Assembly (NCBI GenBank): GCA_008632985.1
Contig: QPGO01000066.1
Location: forward strand, 141,771 to 205,770
Source of the DNA: Psammoneis japonica
Taxonomy: Eukaryota
Length of the DNA: 64,000 bases
Direction of reading: 5' to 3'
In this document: in pieces, positions 22,001-33,900 of the stretch
Layout: every line of letters starts with the position of its first letter
How positions within the stretch are numbered: position 1 is the first letter of the stretch
The notes under the pieces: model-generated
Told to the model about the DNA's origin: nothing
Databases searched by the model: none
The model's input: the letters and a program-made list of their open reading frames with translations, nothing else
Position numbers and translations under genes: made by a program

Positions 22001-22600
22001 GGCTGGAGCAGCCACTCTCCTTTCATTGCAGCTTCTCATTGAACAGAATGGCCAATGATGTGATCTTCCATTGAACAAATCTTGCAAAGCACACGGGCTG
22101 TGCATCTCACAAATTCTTTGTCAACCATCACACGCAGTTGTGCTCTGTTGCACATGTTCATTTGCTCAGATGCTCTTTGCCCAAATGCTTTGATTTTTGT
22201 GGCAGCCCAGGTGCATGCACACAGAAGCAAGCTCAAAGTGCTGTGCAAAATTCCAAGGGCAGATGTGTGGGAGATGCCAAGCTCTGTGCATCAGGCACCA
22301 ACTTCAAAGCTGCAAAACCACAACGAGGTGAGATGATCTTCTCACCGCCCATTGCAAGATCTCATGTTGCAACAAAGTCCTCAAAGTCATCCCAGTCCCT
22401 GCTCAAGTTGACCATGCAACAGCTTTCCCACACTCTGGCCCAAACCATCCACAGCTTGTGTTTTGGGGATGATGCTTTCACACTCACCTGATGGCAGAGC
22501 TGGTTTCCGCAAGTTCCACCGCTCTTGTCACATAATGCGGCACTGTAACACCCAACACACATCCAGACAAGCAGATAAATGTGCCCGACAGTTGAGCATT
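19030..22600. other. TpA/CpG-depleted decayed domain D2
   Basis: TA nearly absent. Contains two decayed beta-helix gene fragments and the homolog of D1. Confidence 0.85.
19066..20300 (+). pseudogene. Two tandem (~620-bp) decayed copies of the 3' half of the beta-helix gene (source ~14024-14490)
   Basis: gcaaggctt...attgagaac.cagactttgcaaacaacaaggtcc...ctgagccacttcacactttcaaggattttg at ~19229-19648 and ~19847-20290; units start at ~19066 and ~19683. Confidence 0.9.
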
Positions 22601-22708
22601 CATCCCAACCATAGGGTCAGACCGTGCATCTCATGCAATCACGCACATCAAAACACAATAACACAACCATAAAAAGGATACTACAGCCGTCTCTGCAGCG
22701 CCTGTGAT

Positions 22709-24295
22709 ATGGCTATACTCTTTACGTCTTTCTTGTTCATGTCTGTGTATGCTTTAGCAGCCATTTCTACTGCTCAAATAAAATTTGCTTCTGCTCTATC
22801 GACACGAGGGGTGTTGTTTGGTTCTTCTTGCGTTCAAAGGATGATTCGTGCAGAACAAGTAATGTCGTCCCAATCAAGTAGTATTATTTCTTCCTCTTCT
22901 GCAGACAATTCAAACGACAATAATAATTTGATTCTAATTCTAGCAGGTCCAACCGGTTCTGGCAAGTCGGATGTTGCTGCACAATTGCGTTCAGACAACA
23001 ACAAAGACATGATGGTGATTTCAGCGGATTCCGTTCAAGCCTATCGAGGCGTTCAAATTGGTGCCAACAAACCGACACGAGACGAATTACAAGAAACGCC
23101 GCACTTGTTACTCGACATGGCATCACACGATGAACCGTACAATGCCGCCGAATGGAGAAGGGATGCACTGTATTGTATACAAGAATTGCTGCAAACACAA
23201 CAAAAACAAGAAAACGATGATTCGGCAGAAACCATAGAGGCAACATCGGAAGAACGGCGCAAAGCCATGGATGAAATTATTGCAGCTGCATCACGCGAAA
23301 ACGAGTCTAAAAATACAATACCCCTTGTTGTCGGAGGCACCATGATGTACATTCAATGGCTCTTGCATGGGTCTCCCGATGCCATGCGACCAACCAGTAA
23401 AGCCGTACAACAAGCTCGAGACGAAATTTCAAAATTTCAACAAGACAACAATGATTGGGACGGTGCTGTCAAGCATGTCGAGTCCATGGGTGAAGCCTTT
23501 GCGTCACGCATTACAACACTGAGTGGTCAAGATTGGTATCGATTGCGTCGAATACTTGAAGTGGCGTATACGGTTCGTCAGTCGGAGCAGGAATCAAATA
23601 ACAAGAGTCGAAAGCGATCCCTGGAAGAATCTCTGTACAGCGGGCAACGAGAGGGTGCCTTACAGGATGTGTTTCCAACCAGTGACATTCGCTGTTTCTT
23701 CTTGTGTCCCACGGATCGCATGCATCATTCAACTCTAGTGGATAAGCGTTGCGAAGCCATGATTCTTGGTGGTTTGTTGGAGGAAACCACGGAATTGTTC
23801 TGCAACGATGAGTTACCCGAAATGGCCAGCCGTGCCATTGGATACCGACAAACACTGGACTACCTGCAACGATCCGACTTTACACCAAACGATGCAGAGG
23901 CGTTGGAGTTGTACTTGGAACATTTTTGTACCGCGACACGACGATACGCCAAGAAGCAAATGCAGTGGTTTCGAAAAGAAGACGATTTTCTCTTTGTTCC
24001 AATCGACACGGCCAATAAGGACAAGGCAACTCGAGTACAAGAAGCGGCAGCGCTCATTACAAATGTTTGTCAATTAACGCGTGACCAATACAAGCAAGAG
24101 TTACTGTGCTCTACGGATAATAATGTATTTGCAAGAACCAAACAAGCAAACGAAGATCAGGGAAAGGGTATGAAGTTTTATCAGTACAAGAGTGATCGCA
24201 TCGTCAAGGGAACTCCCGAGTTTGACGACGTTTTGAAACGTGCCGACGAATGCACTCGGAGAATACAAGACAAGAAAAAGGATGCCAGTAAGTGA
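22709..24295 (+). CDS. miaA: tRNA dimethylallyltransferase (IPP transferase), with an organelle-targeting-like N-terminus
   Basis: P-loop AGPTGSGKS, ISADSVQAYRGVQIGANKP, PHLLLD, VVGGTMMY, AIGYRQ, TRRYAKKQMQWFR. Confidence 0.93.
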   Translation: MAILFTSFLFMSVYALAAISTAQIKFASALSTRGVLFGSSCVQRMIRAEQVMSSQSSSIISSSSADNSNDNNNLILILAGPTGSGKSDVAAQLRSDNNKDMMVISADSVQAYRGVQIGANKPTRDELQETPHLLLDMASHDEPYNAAEWRRDALYCIQELLQTQQKQENDDSAETIEATSEERRKAMDEIIAAASRENESKNTIPLVVGGTMMYIQWLLHGSPDAMRPTSKAVQQARDEISKFQQDNNDWDGAVKHVESMGEAFASRITTLSGQDWYRLRRILEVAYTVRQSEQESNNKSRKRSLEESLYSGQREGALQDVFPTSDIRCFFLCPTDRMHHSTLVDKRCEAMILGGLLEETTELFCNDELPEMASRAIGYRQTLDYLQRSDFTPNDAEALELYLEHFCTATRRYAKKQMQWFRKEDDFLFVPIDTANKDKATRVQEAAALITNVCQLTRDQYKQELLCSTDNNVFARTKQANEDQGKGMKFYQYKSDRIVKGTPEFDDVLKRADECTRRIQDKKKDASK

Positions 24296-24911
24296 CAAAG
24301 TCTACAGAAGTATGATACCAAAGACACAATGGACTACGTGGCTAGGATTGCCGGAACTACAAATTGGTATGATGAGATCACTGTGTCTAATTCATTATAT
24401 GTATCATGGCTGAAACGAACAAACCCACAATTTTATTCTCCTGTCGGACAACACAGTCTTTTCTATCATTAAAGCGGACTCCCTTTTGCTAAAAGACGAC
24501 AGCAACGAGAGGGGAAACGAGTGCGAAGACTGCTGTGCGACGGCATGGGCACAGCTAGTAGAGAGGGATCGTCGAAGAAAACCAACGGTATGGTTCTGTA
24601 TTTCAACGCTAAATCTTGCACCATTGTCAGTAAATGAAAGCTTATAAGCATTTGCAGAACCTAAATACAATGAGATTGCTCAGAAAACAGTAATACAACG
24701 GCTTTGTTGCAATGTTCGAAGAGGCGGTCTGTAGTCCCTCGGAACAGCCGACAGGACACCACTTGGGAAATCGATCGGATGTGTAATGGTACAGTTATTT
24801 CAATCATTAGCAAGGAGAGCTGACAGCGATTCTGTTCCGTGAGACACAAGCCCCCCCCCCCCCCAATCAAGGTGATGTGAGAAGAGGGCTCTCAGCCACT
24901 GAAGGTTGAGG

Positions 24912-27900
24912 CTAACGGATTATGCAGGGTGGTGGGACAACATCACAATACCTGTTCGATCCGGAAATGGCACCTGTGCAACACCCAGCGAGTCCTCCTG
25001 GACGGCCACTGCAACCTGAACCTCCACACGTTCCACAACTCGATAGACAACAAATATTACCCGTGCGAATTCCGCCATTAGCACATACATATACAGTAGG
25101 AAAGGGGGAAGGGGGAGGAGTTGGCTCATCAGTCGGCATTTTCGAAGGGACGGTCGACGGCTGCGACGACAAGGATGGCGCGTCACTTGGTGCTTTCGAG
25201 GGGACGGACGATGGCTGCGATGACAAAGATGGTGCATCACTTGGTGCTGTTGATAATGATGGATGGGAACTTGGGCCCTCGCTTGGGGCACTAGACGGCG
25301 AATTACTTGGAGCAACCGATGGTACTCCGCTTGGCGTCTTCGATGGAATGGACGACGGCTGCGACGATAAAGATGGTGCATCACTTGGTGCTGTCGACGG
25401 AAATGATGATGGATTAGAACTTGGGCTCTCGCTTGGGGCATCAGACGGCAAATTACTGGGAGCAACGGATGGCACTCCACTTGGCATGCTCGATGGAATG
25501 GATGAAGGAGAAGACGACGGGCCCAGTGATGGGACAATACTTGGTGAAGTCGATGGGGACTCTGAAGGCACGTCGCTCGGAGAGGATGAGGGAGTTATCG
25601 ATGGCGCACGGCTGGGGTCCCAGCTGGGGGAGACGGAAGGTAAATCACTGGGAGCTCCTGATGGAAATTCATTCAACGAAAAGCAAGAATCAACCAGCTC
25701 CCCGGTGAGACGTGAAAAGGTCCAACAATCACGGAAAGGATATCCTCCGTAGCCCGCGGCAGCATCGTACGGCTGAGCATCCAGCCAAATGCCGGCAACT
25801 TGGGCATCCGTGACTGGATCCAGCAAAGCCACATCAACTGGTGGAGTCGACCCAACCTGGATAGTGATTCCAGAGATAAGCCAACCGTCTTGACTAGACG
25901 CAGTCAAACGCACCCATTCGAATACAGAATCCATGTCGTCAGGCACAAAATAGTACGTTTTTGCATTGCCAAGTGGGGGGAGGCCTTCCAATGAAAATTG
26001 TGCTGAGGTTGGGAGTCCGTCACCATCCGCACCATAGAGCAAAAGCAGTGGTGCACCGTTGGAACCGGCATTTGCACTGCCATTGGAAGTTGAAACTGTC
26101 AAGCTAATTCCGGTCGGGTTGACACTCGGAAAAGCAGATGGCGACCGCGATGGTGTTGATGAGGGAGAAGAGGATGGCAAGTTACTCGGTGGCGTCGACG
26201 GTGACGATGAGGGAATAAAACTGGGGGGCTCGCTTGGGGCAAGAGATGGCACATTGCTCGGAGTGAATGACGGCACCCCGCTTGGCACACCGGACGGCGC
26301 CGACGATGGGCCCGATGATGGGACGACGCTTGGTAAAGTAGAAGGGGACTCTGAAGGCAAGTCGCTCGAAGAGGATGAGGGAGATGTCGACGGCGCACTG
26401 CTGGGGACAGCGCTGGGCGAAACAGAAGGCAACTGAGTGGGAGCTCCAGATGGAACCAGACTTGGCGTGTCAGATGGTGATTTGCTGGGTGCAACAGAAG
26501 GCATTCCCGAAGGAGCATCACTGGGAGCTGTAGATGGCGATGACGATGGCATGGAACTCGGAGCGTAGCTCGGATTGCTTGATGGAAAACTGCTTGGAGA
26601 ACCCGACGGGAATTCACTTGGCATGTACGAAGGCTGGGAGCTTGCAGATGGAACTCCGCTGGGTGAGACAGACGGCGCCTCTGTATCAAGGTATCCAAAG
26701 TACTCGATTTCGCTTAACTGGTGCTCGGTGCTTTCCACAGTGTCGTTAACGTAGTAACGAATGAACTTGTACGGTGCACTTTGCGAAGGCAAGGTGACTT
26801 TCACAACTTGCCGACGTTGAGTGAAGAAGTAACCACGCGTCGTATTGTCGTACTCATAAATATTGGTGAAGTCGGTTCCGTCGTTGGAGCCTTGAACATT
26901 GAAAACAGATGGATCACTTCCTGGTCGAGTGTTACCGCTCGTCAATGTGAACTCCGTGATGACAGCAGGGGCATTGAATTCAACGGCTATCCACACAGGA
27001 GGAGGGTCACAGCACCATTTCTTGTCCTCACCGCCAACCTCGTTGTCAAATACGTTGAAAGCTGACTTTCCAAATTGGCCACTGTTGAAACCTGGATTCA
27101 CACTAGACGATATATTGACCCAATTCCACGATCCGTCGAGCTCTTCTCCTTGCCCAGCGTTGCAATCATCTCCAGGGCATGTCAAATCACCACCCACAAG
27201 ATTGCCTTGACCTTGTCCAAGAATCGTGATCTCCGTTGCAGTTGGTGTTGCACTCGGGATTGATGAGGTTGTCGGTAGGCTGCTTGGATGGTCAGAAGGA
27301 AATGCACTCGGCGAAGTCGATGGGGATTCTGAAGGCACGCCGCTCGGAGAGGATGAGGGAGCTGACGACGGTGCACTGCTGGGGACACCGCTGGGTGAAA
27401 TAGAAGGCGAATCACTTGGAGCTCCAGATGGAACCTTACTTGGCATGTCGGAAGGCAGGACATTACTGGGAGGAGAGCTAGGGAATTCGCTGGGAACTGC
27501 CGACGGTATTTTGCTCGGCGACGGCGAAGGCTGAGAGCTGGCGTCTGAAGATGGGACTCCGCTCGGTGAGACACTCGGGACTGTACTGGGAGGAGAACTT
27601 GGGAATTCACTGGGAACTGCAGACGGTGTGTCGCTCGGCGACCGCGAAGGCTGAGAGCTGGGGTCTGCAGATGGAAATCCGCTAGGTGAGCCAGACGGCG
27701 CCTCCGTAACAAGGTATCCAAAGTACTCGATTTCGCTAAGTTGATGTTCAAGATTTGCATTGTCATTCGTTTCTGCGACGTAGTAACGAATGAACTTGTA
27801 CGGTGCACTCGGGAAAGTCAGGGTTACCTGGACAACTTGGCTACGAGCAGTGAAGAAAGGCGATCCACTGGATGCGGCGTTGTACGAAAAAATGTCGTTG

Positions 27901-30900
27901 TAGGTAATGCCATCATTGGAGCCTTGAATGCTGAAAATGGAGGGGTCTCGATTTGGACGATCCTCGCCAGCTGTAATCGTGAAATTTGTTATCACGGTAG
28001 GGGCGCTGAACTCAACTTCTAGCCACACTGGTGGCCCCTCACAACACCATTTTGCGGGTCTGTCGCCAACCTTGTTGTCAAACACGTTGAACGCAGACGT
28101 TCCGAAGGTTCCACTTTCGAAGCCGGGATTTGAGGAAGAGGATATATTGACCCAATTCCATGAACCCGCGAGCTCTTGACCTGCACCATCGTTGCAATCG
28201 TCCCCAGGACAGGTCAAGTCACCGCCAACAAGACTACCTGCTCCCGCACCAAGCACCGTGATCGTTGCAGTGGCACTCGGCGTTGCACTGGGAGTAGAAC
28301 TTGGGAATTCGCTGGGAATTGCCGACGGCATTTCACTCGGCGACGGCGAAGGCTGGGAGCTGGGGTCTGTAGATGGAACTCCGCTCGGTGAGGCAGACGG
28401 CGCCTCTGTATCAAGGTATCCAAAGTATTCGATTTCGTTCAACTGGTGCTCGGTGCCTTCCACAGTGTCGTTAACGTAGTAACGAATAAACTTGTACGGT
28501 GCACTAGGAAAAGGCAAGGTGACTTTCACAACTTGCCGACGTTGAGAGAAGAAGTCACCGCGCGTTGTGTTGTCGTACTCATAAATGTTTGTAAAGGCGT
28601 TGCCGTCGTTGGAGCCTTGGATACTGAAAACAGATGGATCCCTTCCTACTTGAGTGTTGCCGCTCGTCAGTGTGAACTCTGTTATAACAGCAGGGGCATT
28701 GAATTCGACGGCTATCCACACAGGAGGGGGGTCACAGCACCATTTCTTGTCCGTACCGCCAACCTCGTTGTCAAATACGTTGTACGCGGACTGTCCACCT
28801 TGGCCACTGTTAAAGCCAGGATTCACGCTAGACGATATATTGGCCCAATTCCACGATCCGTCGAGTTCTTCGCCTTGCCCAGCGTTACAATCGTCTCCAG
28901 GACAAGTCAAATCACCACCCACAAGATTGCCTTGGCCGAGAATCGTGATCTCCGTTGCAGTTGGTGTTGCGCTCGGGATAGATGATGCTGTCGGTAAGCT
29001 ACTTGGACGGTCAGAAGGAGATGCACTCGGCAAAGCGCTGGGCACAACGGACGGAGCCGACGACGGGCCCAGTGATGGGACAATACTTGGTGAAGTCGAT
29101 GGGGACTCTGAAGGCTCGCGGCTTGGAGAGGATGAGGGAGTTGTCGACGGCGCACTGCTGGGGACAGCGCTGGGAGAAACAGAAGGTAACTGAGTGGGAG
29201 CACCAGATGGAACTTGACTAGGCATGTCAGATGCTGATTCGCTGGGTGCAACAGAAGGCCTTCCCGAAGGAGCATCACTGGGAGCTGAGGATGGCGTTGA
29301 CGATGGCACGGAACTTGGGGCGTTGCTTGGATTGCCAGATGGAAAACCACTTGGAGCACCCGACGGGAACTCACTTGGTGTATTAGAAGGGGCGGACGAT
29401 GGCTGCGACGACGGCGCATCACTAGGTGCCGTCGACGGTGACGTTGATGGGTTGAAACTTGGAACCTTACTTGGGGCATCAGATGGCGAACCACTTGGAC
29501 CCAATGAAGGCACACCGCTTGGCACACCGGACGGGGCCGACGAGGGGTCCGATGAGGGGACAACACTCGGTGAAGTCGACGGAGACACTGAAGGCGCGTC
29601 GCTCGGAGACGATGATGGAGCTGTCGACGGCGCAGTACTGGGAACGCCGCTGGGTGAGACGGAAGGTAACTCACTGGGAGCTCTAGATGGATCCTTGCTT
29701 GGCATGTCAGAAGGCGATTCGCTAGGGGTAGTAGAAGGCATTCGAGAAGGAGCATCGCTGGGAACTGCGGATGGCGATGATGATGGCATGGAACTCGGAG
29801 CGTAGCTTGGGTTGCTAGATGGAAAACCACTTGGAGCACCCGACGGGAACTCACTTGGTGCGTTAGAAGGGGTGGATGATGGCTGCGACGACGGCGCATC
29901 ACTAGGTGCCGTCGACGGTGACCATGATGGTGTAAAACTTGGAACATCGCTTGGGGCATCAGATGGCGAACCACTTGGAGCCAATGAAGGCACCCCGCTT
30001 GGCACACCGGACGGGGCCGACGATGGGCCCGATGATGGGACAACACTTGGCGAGGCCGACGGAGACTCTGAAGGCGCGTCGCTCGGGGACGATGAGGGAG
30101 CTGTCGAAGGCGCATTACTGGGAACGCCGCTGGGTGAGACGGAAGGTAACTCACTGGGAGCTCCAGATGGAGCGTTGCTTGGCATGTGAGAAGGCGATTC
30201 GCTAGGGGTCGTAGAAGGCCTTTGGGAAGGAGCATCGCTGGGACCAGCGGATGGCGTTGACGATGGCAAGGAACTCGGGGCGTTGCTTGGATTGCTAGAC
30301 GGATAACCACTTGGAGCACCCGACGGGAACTCACTTGGTGTGTTAGAAGGGACGGACGATGGCTGCGACGACGGCGCATCACTAGGTGCCGTCGACGGTG
30401 ACGTTGATGGGTTGAAACTTGGAACCTTACTTGGGGCATCAGATGGCGAACCACTTGGACCCAATGAAGGCACACCGCTTGGCACACCGGACGGGGCCGA
30501 CGAGGGGTCCGATGAGGGGACAACACTCGGTGAAGTCGACGGAGACACTGAAGGCGCGTCGCTCGGAGACGATGATGGAGCTGTCGACGGCGCAGTACTG
30601 GGAACGCCGCTGGGTGAGACGGAAGGTAACTCACTGGGAGCTCCAGATGGAGCGTTGCTTGGCATGACAGAAGGCGATTCGCTAGGGGTAGTAGAAGGCA
30701 TTCGAGAAGGAGCATCGCTGGGAACTGCGGATGGCGATGATGATGGCATGGAACTCGGAGCGTAGCTTGGGTTGCTAGATGGAAAACCACTTGGAGCACC
30801 CGACGGGAACTCACTTGGTGCGTTAGAAGGGGTGGATGATGGCTGCGACGACGGCGCATCACTAGGTGCCGTCGACGGTGACCATGATGGTGTAAAACTT

Positions 30901-33900
30901 GGAACATCGCTTGGGGCATCAGATGGCGAACCACTTGGACCCAATGAAGGCACCCCGCTTGGCACACCGGACGGGGCCGACGATGGGCCCGATGATGGGA
31001 CAACACTTGGCGAGGCCGACGGAGACTCTGAAGGCGCGTCGCTCGGAGACGATGAGGGAGCTGTCGAAGGCGCATGACTGGGAACGCCGCTGGGTGAGAC
31101 GGAAGGTAACTCACTGGGAGCTCCAGATGGAGCGTTGCTTGGCATGTGAGAAGGCGATTCGCTAGGGGTCGTAGAAGGCCTTTGGGAAGGAGCATCGCTG
31201 GGACCAGCGGATGGCGTTGACGATGGCAAGGAACTCGGGGCGTTGCTTGGATTGCTAGACGGATAACCACTTGGAGCACCCGACGGGAACTCACTTGGTG
31301 TGTTAGAAGGGACGGACGATGGCTGCGACGACGGAGCATCACTAGGTGCCGTCGACGGTGACGATGATGGTGTAAAACTTGGAGCATCGCTTGGGGTATC
31401 TGATGGCGAACCACTTGGACCCAATGAAGGCACCCCGCTTGGCACACCGGACGGGGCCGACGATGGGCCCGATGATGGGACAACACTTGGCGAGGCCGAC
31501 GGAGACTCTGAAGGCGCGTCGCTCGGAGACGATGAGGGAGCTGTCGAAGGCGCATTACTGGGAACGCCGCTGGGTGAGACGGAAGGTAACTCACTGGGAG
31601 CTCCAGATGGAGCGTTGCTTGGCATGTCAGAAGGCGATTCGCTAGGGGTAGTAGAAGGCATTCGAGAAGGAGCATCGCTGGGAACTGCGGATGGCGATGA
31701 TGATGGCATGGAACTCGGAGCGTAGCTTGGGTTGCTAGACGGAAAACCACTTGGAGCACCCGACGGGAACTCACTTGGTGCGTTAGAAGGGGTGGATGAT
31801 GGCTGCGACGACGGCGCATCACTAGGTGCCGTCGACGGTGACCATGATGGTGTAAAACTTGGAACATCGCTTGGGGTATCTGATGGCGAACCACTTGGAC
31901 CCAATGAAGGCACCCCGCTTGGCACACCGGACGGGGCCGACGATGGGCCCGATGATGGGACAACACTTGGTGAGGCCGACGGAGACTCTGAAGGCGCATC
32001 GCTCGGAGACGATGAGGGAGCTGTCGACGGCGCAGTACTGGGAACGCCGCTGGGTGAGACGGAAGGTAACTCACTGGGAGCTCCAGATGGAGCGTTACTT
32101 GGCATGCGAGAAGGCGACTCGCTGGGGGTCGTAGAAGGCCTTTGGGAAGGAGCATCGCTGGGACCTTCGGATGGCGTTGACGATGGCACGGAACTCGGGG
32201 CGTTGCTAGGATTGCTAGACGGATAACCACTTGGAGAACCCGACGGAAACTCACTTGGTGTGTTAGAAGGGACGGACGATGGCTGCGACGACGGCGCATC
32301 ACTAGGTGCCGTCGACGGTGACCATGATGGTGTAAAACTTGGAACATCGCTTGGGGTATCTGATGGCGAACCACTTGGACCCAATGAAGGCACCCCGCTT
32401 GGCACACCGGACGGGGCCGACGATGGGCCCGATGATGGGACAACACTTGGTGAGGCCGATGGAGACACTGAAGGCGCGTCGCTCGGAGACGATGAGGGAG
32501 CTGTCGACGGCGCATTACTGGGAACGCCACTGGGTGAGACGGAAGGGAACTCACTGGGAGCTCCAGATGGAGCGTTGCTTGGCATGTCAGAAGGCGATTC
32601 GCTAGGGGCTGAAGAAGGCCTTCGGGAAGGAGCATCGCTGGGACCTGCGGATGGCGTTGACGATGGCACGGAACTCGGGGCGTTGCTTGGGTTGCTAGAT
32701 GGATAACCACTTGGAGCACCCGACGGGAACTCACTTGGTGTGTTAGAAGGGACGGACGATGGCTGCGACGACGGCGCATCACTAGGTGCCGTCGACGGCG
32801 ACGTTGATGGGTTGAAACTTGGAACCTCACTTGGGGCATCCGACGGTGAATCACTTGGAGCAAATGACGGGAACCCGCTTGGCAGACCGGACGGGGCCGA
32901 CGAGGGGTCCGATGACGGGACAACACTTGGTGAGGCCGACGGAGACTCTGAAGGCGCATCGCTCGGAGACGATGAGGGAGCTGTCGACGGCGCAGTACTG
33001 GGAACGCCGCTTGGTGAGACGGAAGGTAACTCACTGGGAGCTCCAGATGGAGCGTTGCTTGGCATGTCAGAAGGCGATTCGCTAGGGGTAGTAGAAGGCA
33101 TTCGAGAAGGAGCATCGCTGGGACCTTCGGATGGCGTTGACGATGGCACGGAGCTCGGGGCGTTGCTAGGATTGCTAGACGGATAACCACTTGGAGAACC
33201 CGACGGAAACTCACTTGGTGTGTTAGAAGGGACGGACGATGGCTGCGACGACGGCGCATCACTAGGTGCCGTCGACGGTGACGATGATGGTGTAAAACTT
33301 GGAACATCGCTTGGGGTATCTGATGGCGAACCACTTGGACCCAATGAAGGCACCCCGCTTGGCACACCGGATGGGGCCGACGATGGGCCCGATGATGGGA
33401 CAACGCTTGGTGAAGTCGACGGAGACAACGAAGGCGCGTCGCTCGGAGACGATGATGGAGCTGTCGACGGCGCAATGGTGGGAACGCCGCTGGGTGAGAC
33501 GGAAGGTAACTCACTGGGAGCTCCCGATGGAGCGTTGCTTGGCATTTCAGAAGGCGATTCGCTAGGGGCAGTAGAAGGCCTTCGGGAAGGAGCATCACTG
33601 GGACCTGCGGATGGCATTGATGATGGCTCGGAACTCGGGGCCTTGCTTGGATGGCTAGATGGAAAACCACTTGGAGCACCCGACGGGAACTCACTTGGCA
33701 CAACAGAAGGGACCGATGAAGGCATTGAGGTTGGCAACTCGCTCGGTGTCGTCGATGGTGATGCTGAGGGATTGAAACTTGGGTTGTTGCTTGGGCCATC
33801 TGAGGGCGAGTTACTTGGAGCAAATGATGGCACCCTGCTAGGCGGACCCGAAGGAGCAGACGATGGCTGAGATGATGGGACTATACTTGGCAAAGTCGTT

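Noticed and set aside
14950..22600. Classical fungal RIP, or simple CpG decay, as the explanation for the decayed domains
   Set aside because: RIP raises TpA and hits both copies; CpG deamination cannot remove TpA. Here TpA vanishes and the parent copies are spared.
14950..22700. Dense Cys/His/Gln-rich ORFs in all six frames (also 43.3-50 kb and 61-64 kb)
   Set aside because: By-product of TA loss (no TAA/TAG stops) and TG/CA excess; not metal-binding proteins or real genes.
24838..24872. gtgaga...aag-C14 resembling the start of the copia LTR
   Set aside because: Similarity is limited to a homopolymer and a few bases; no LTR end or TSD found.
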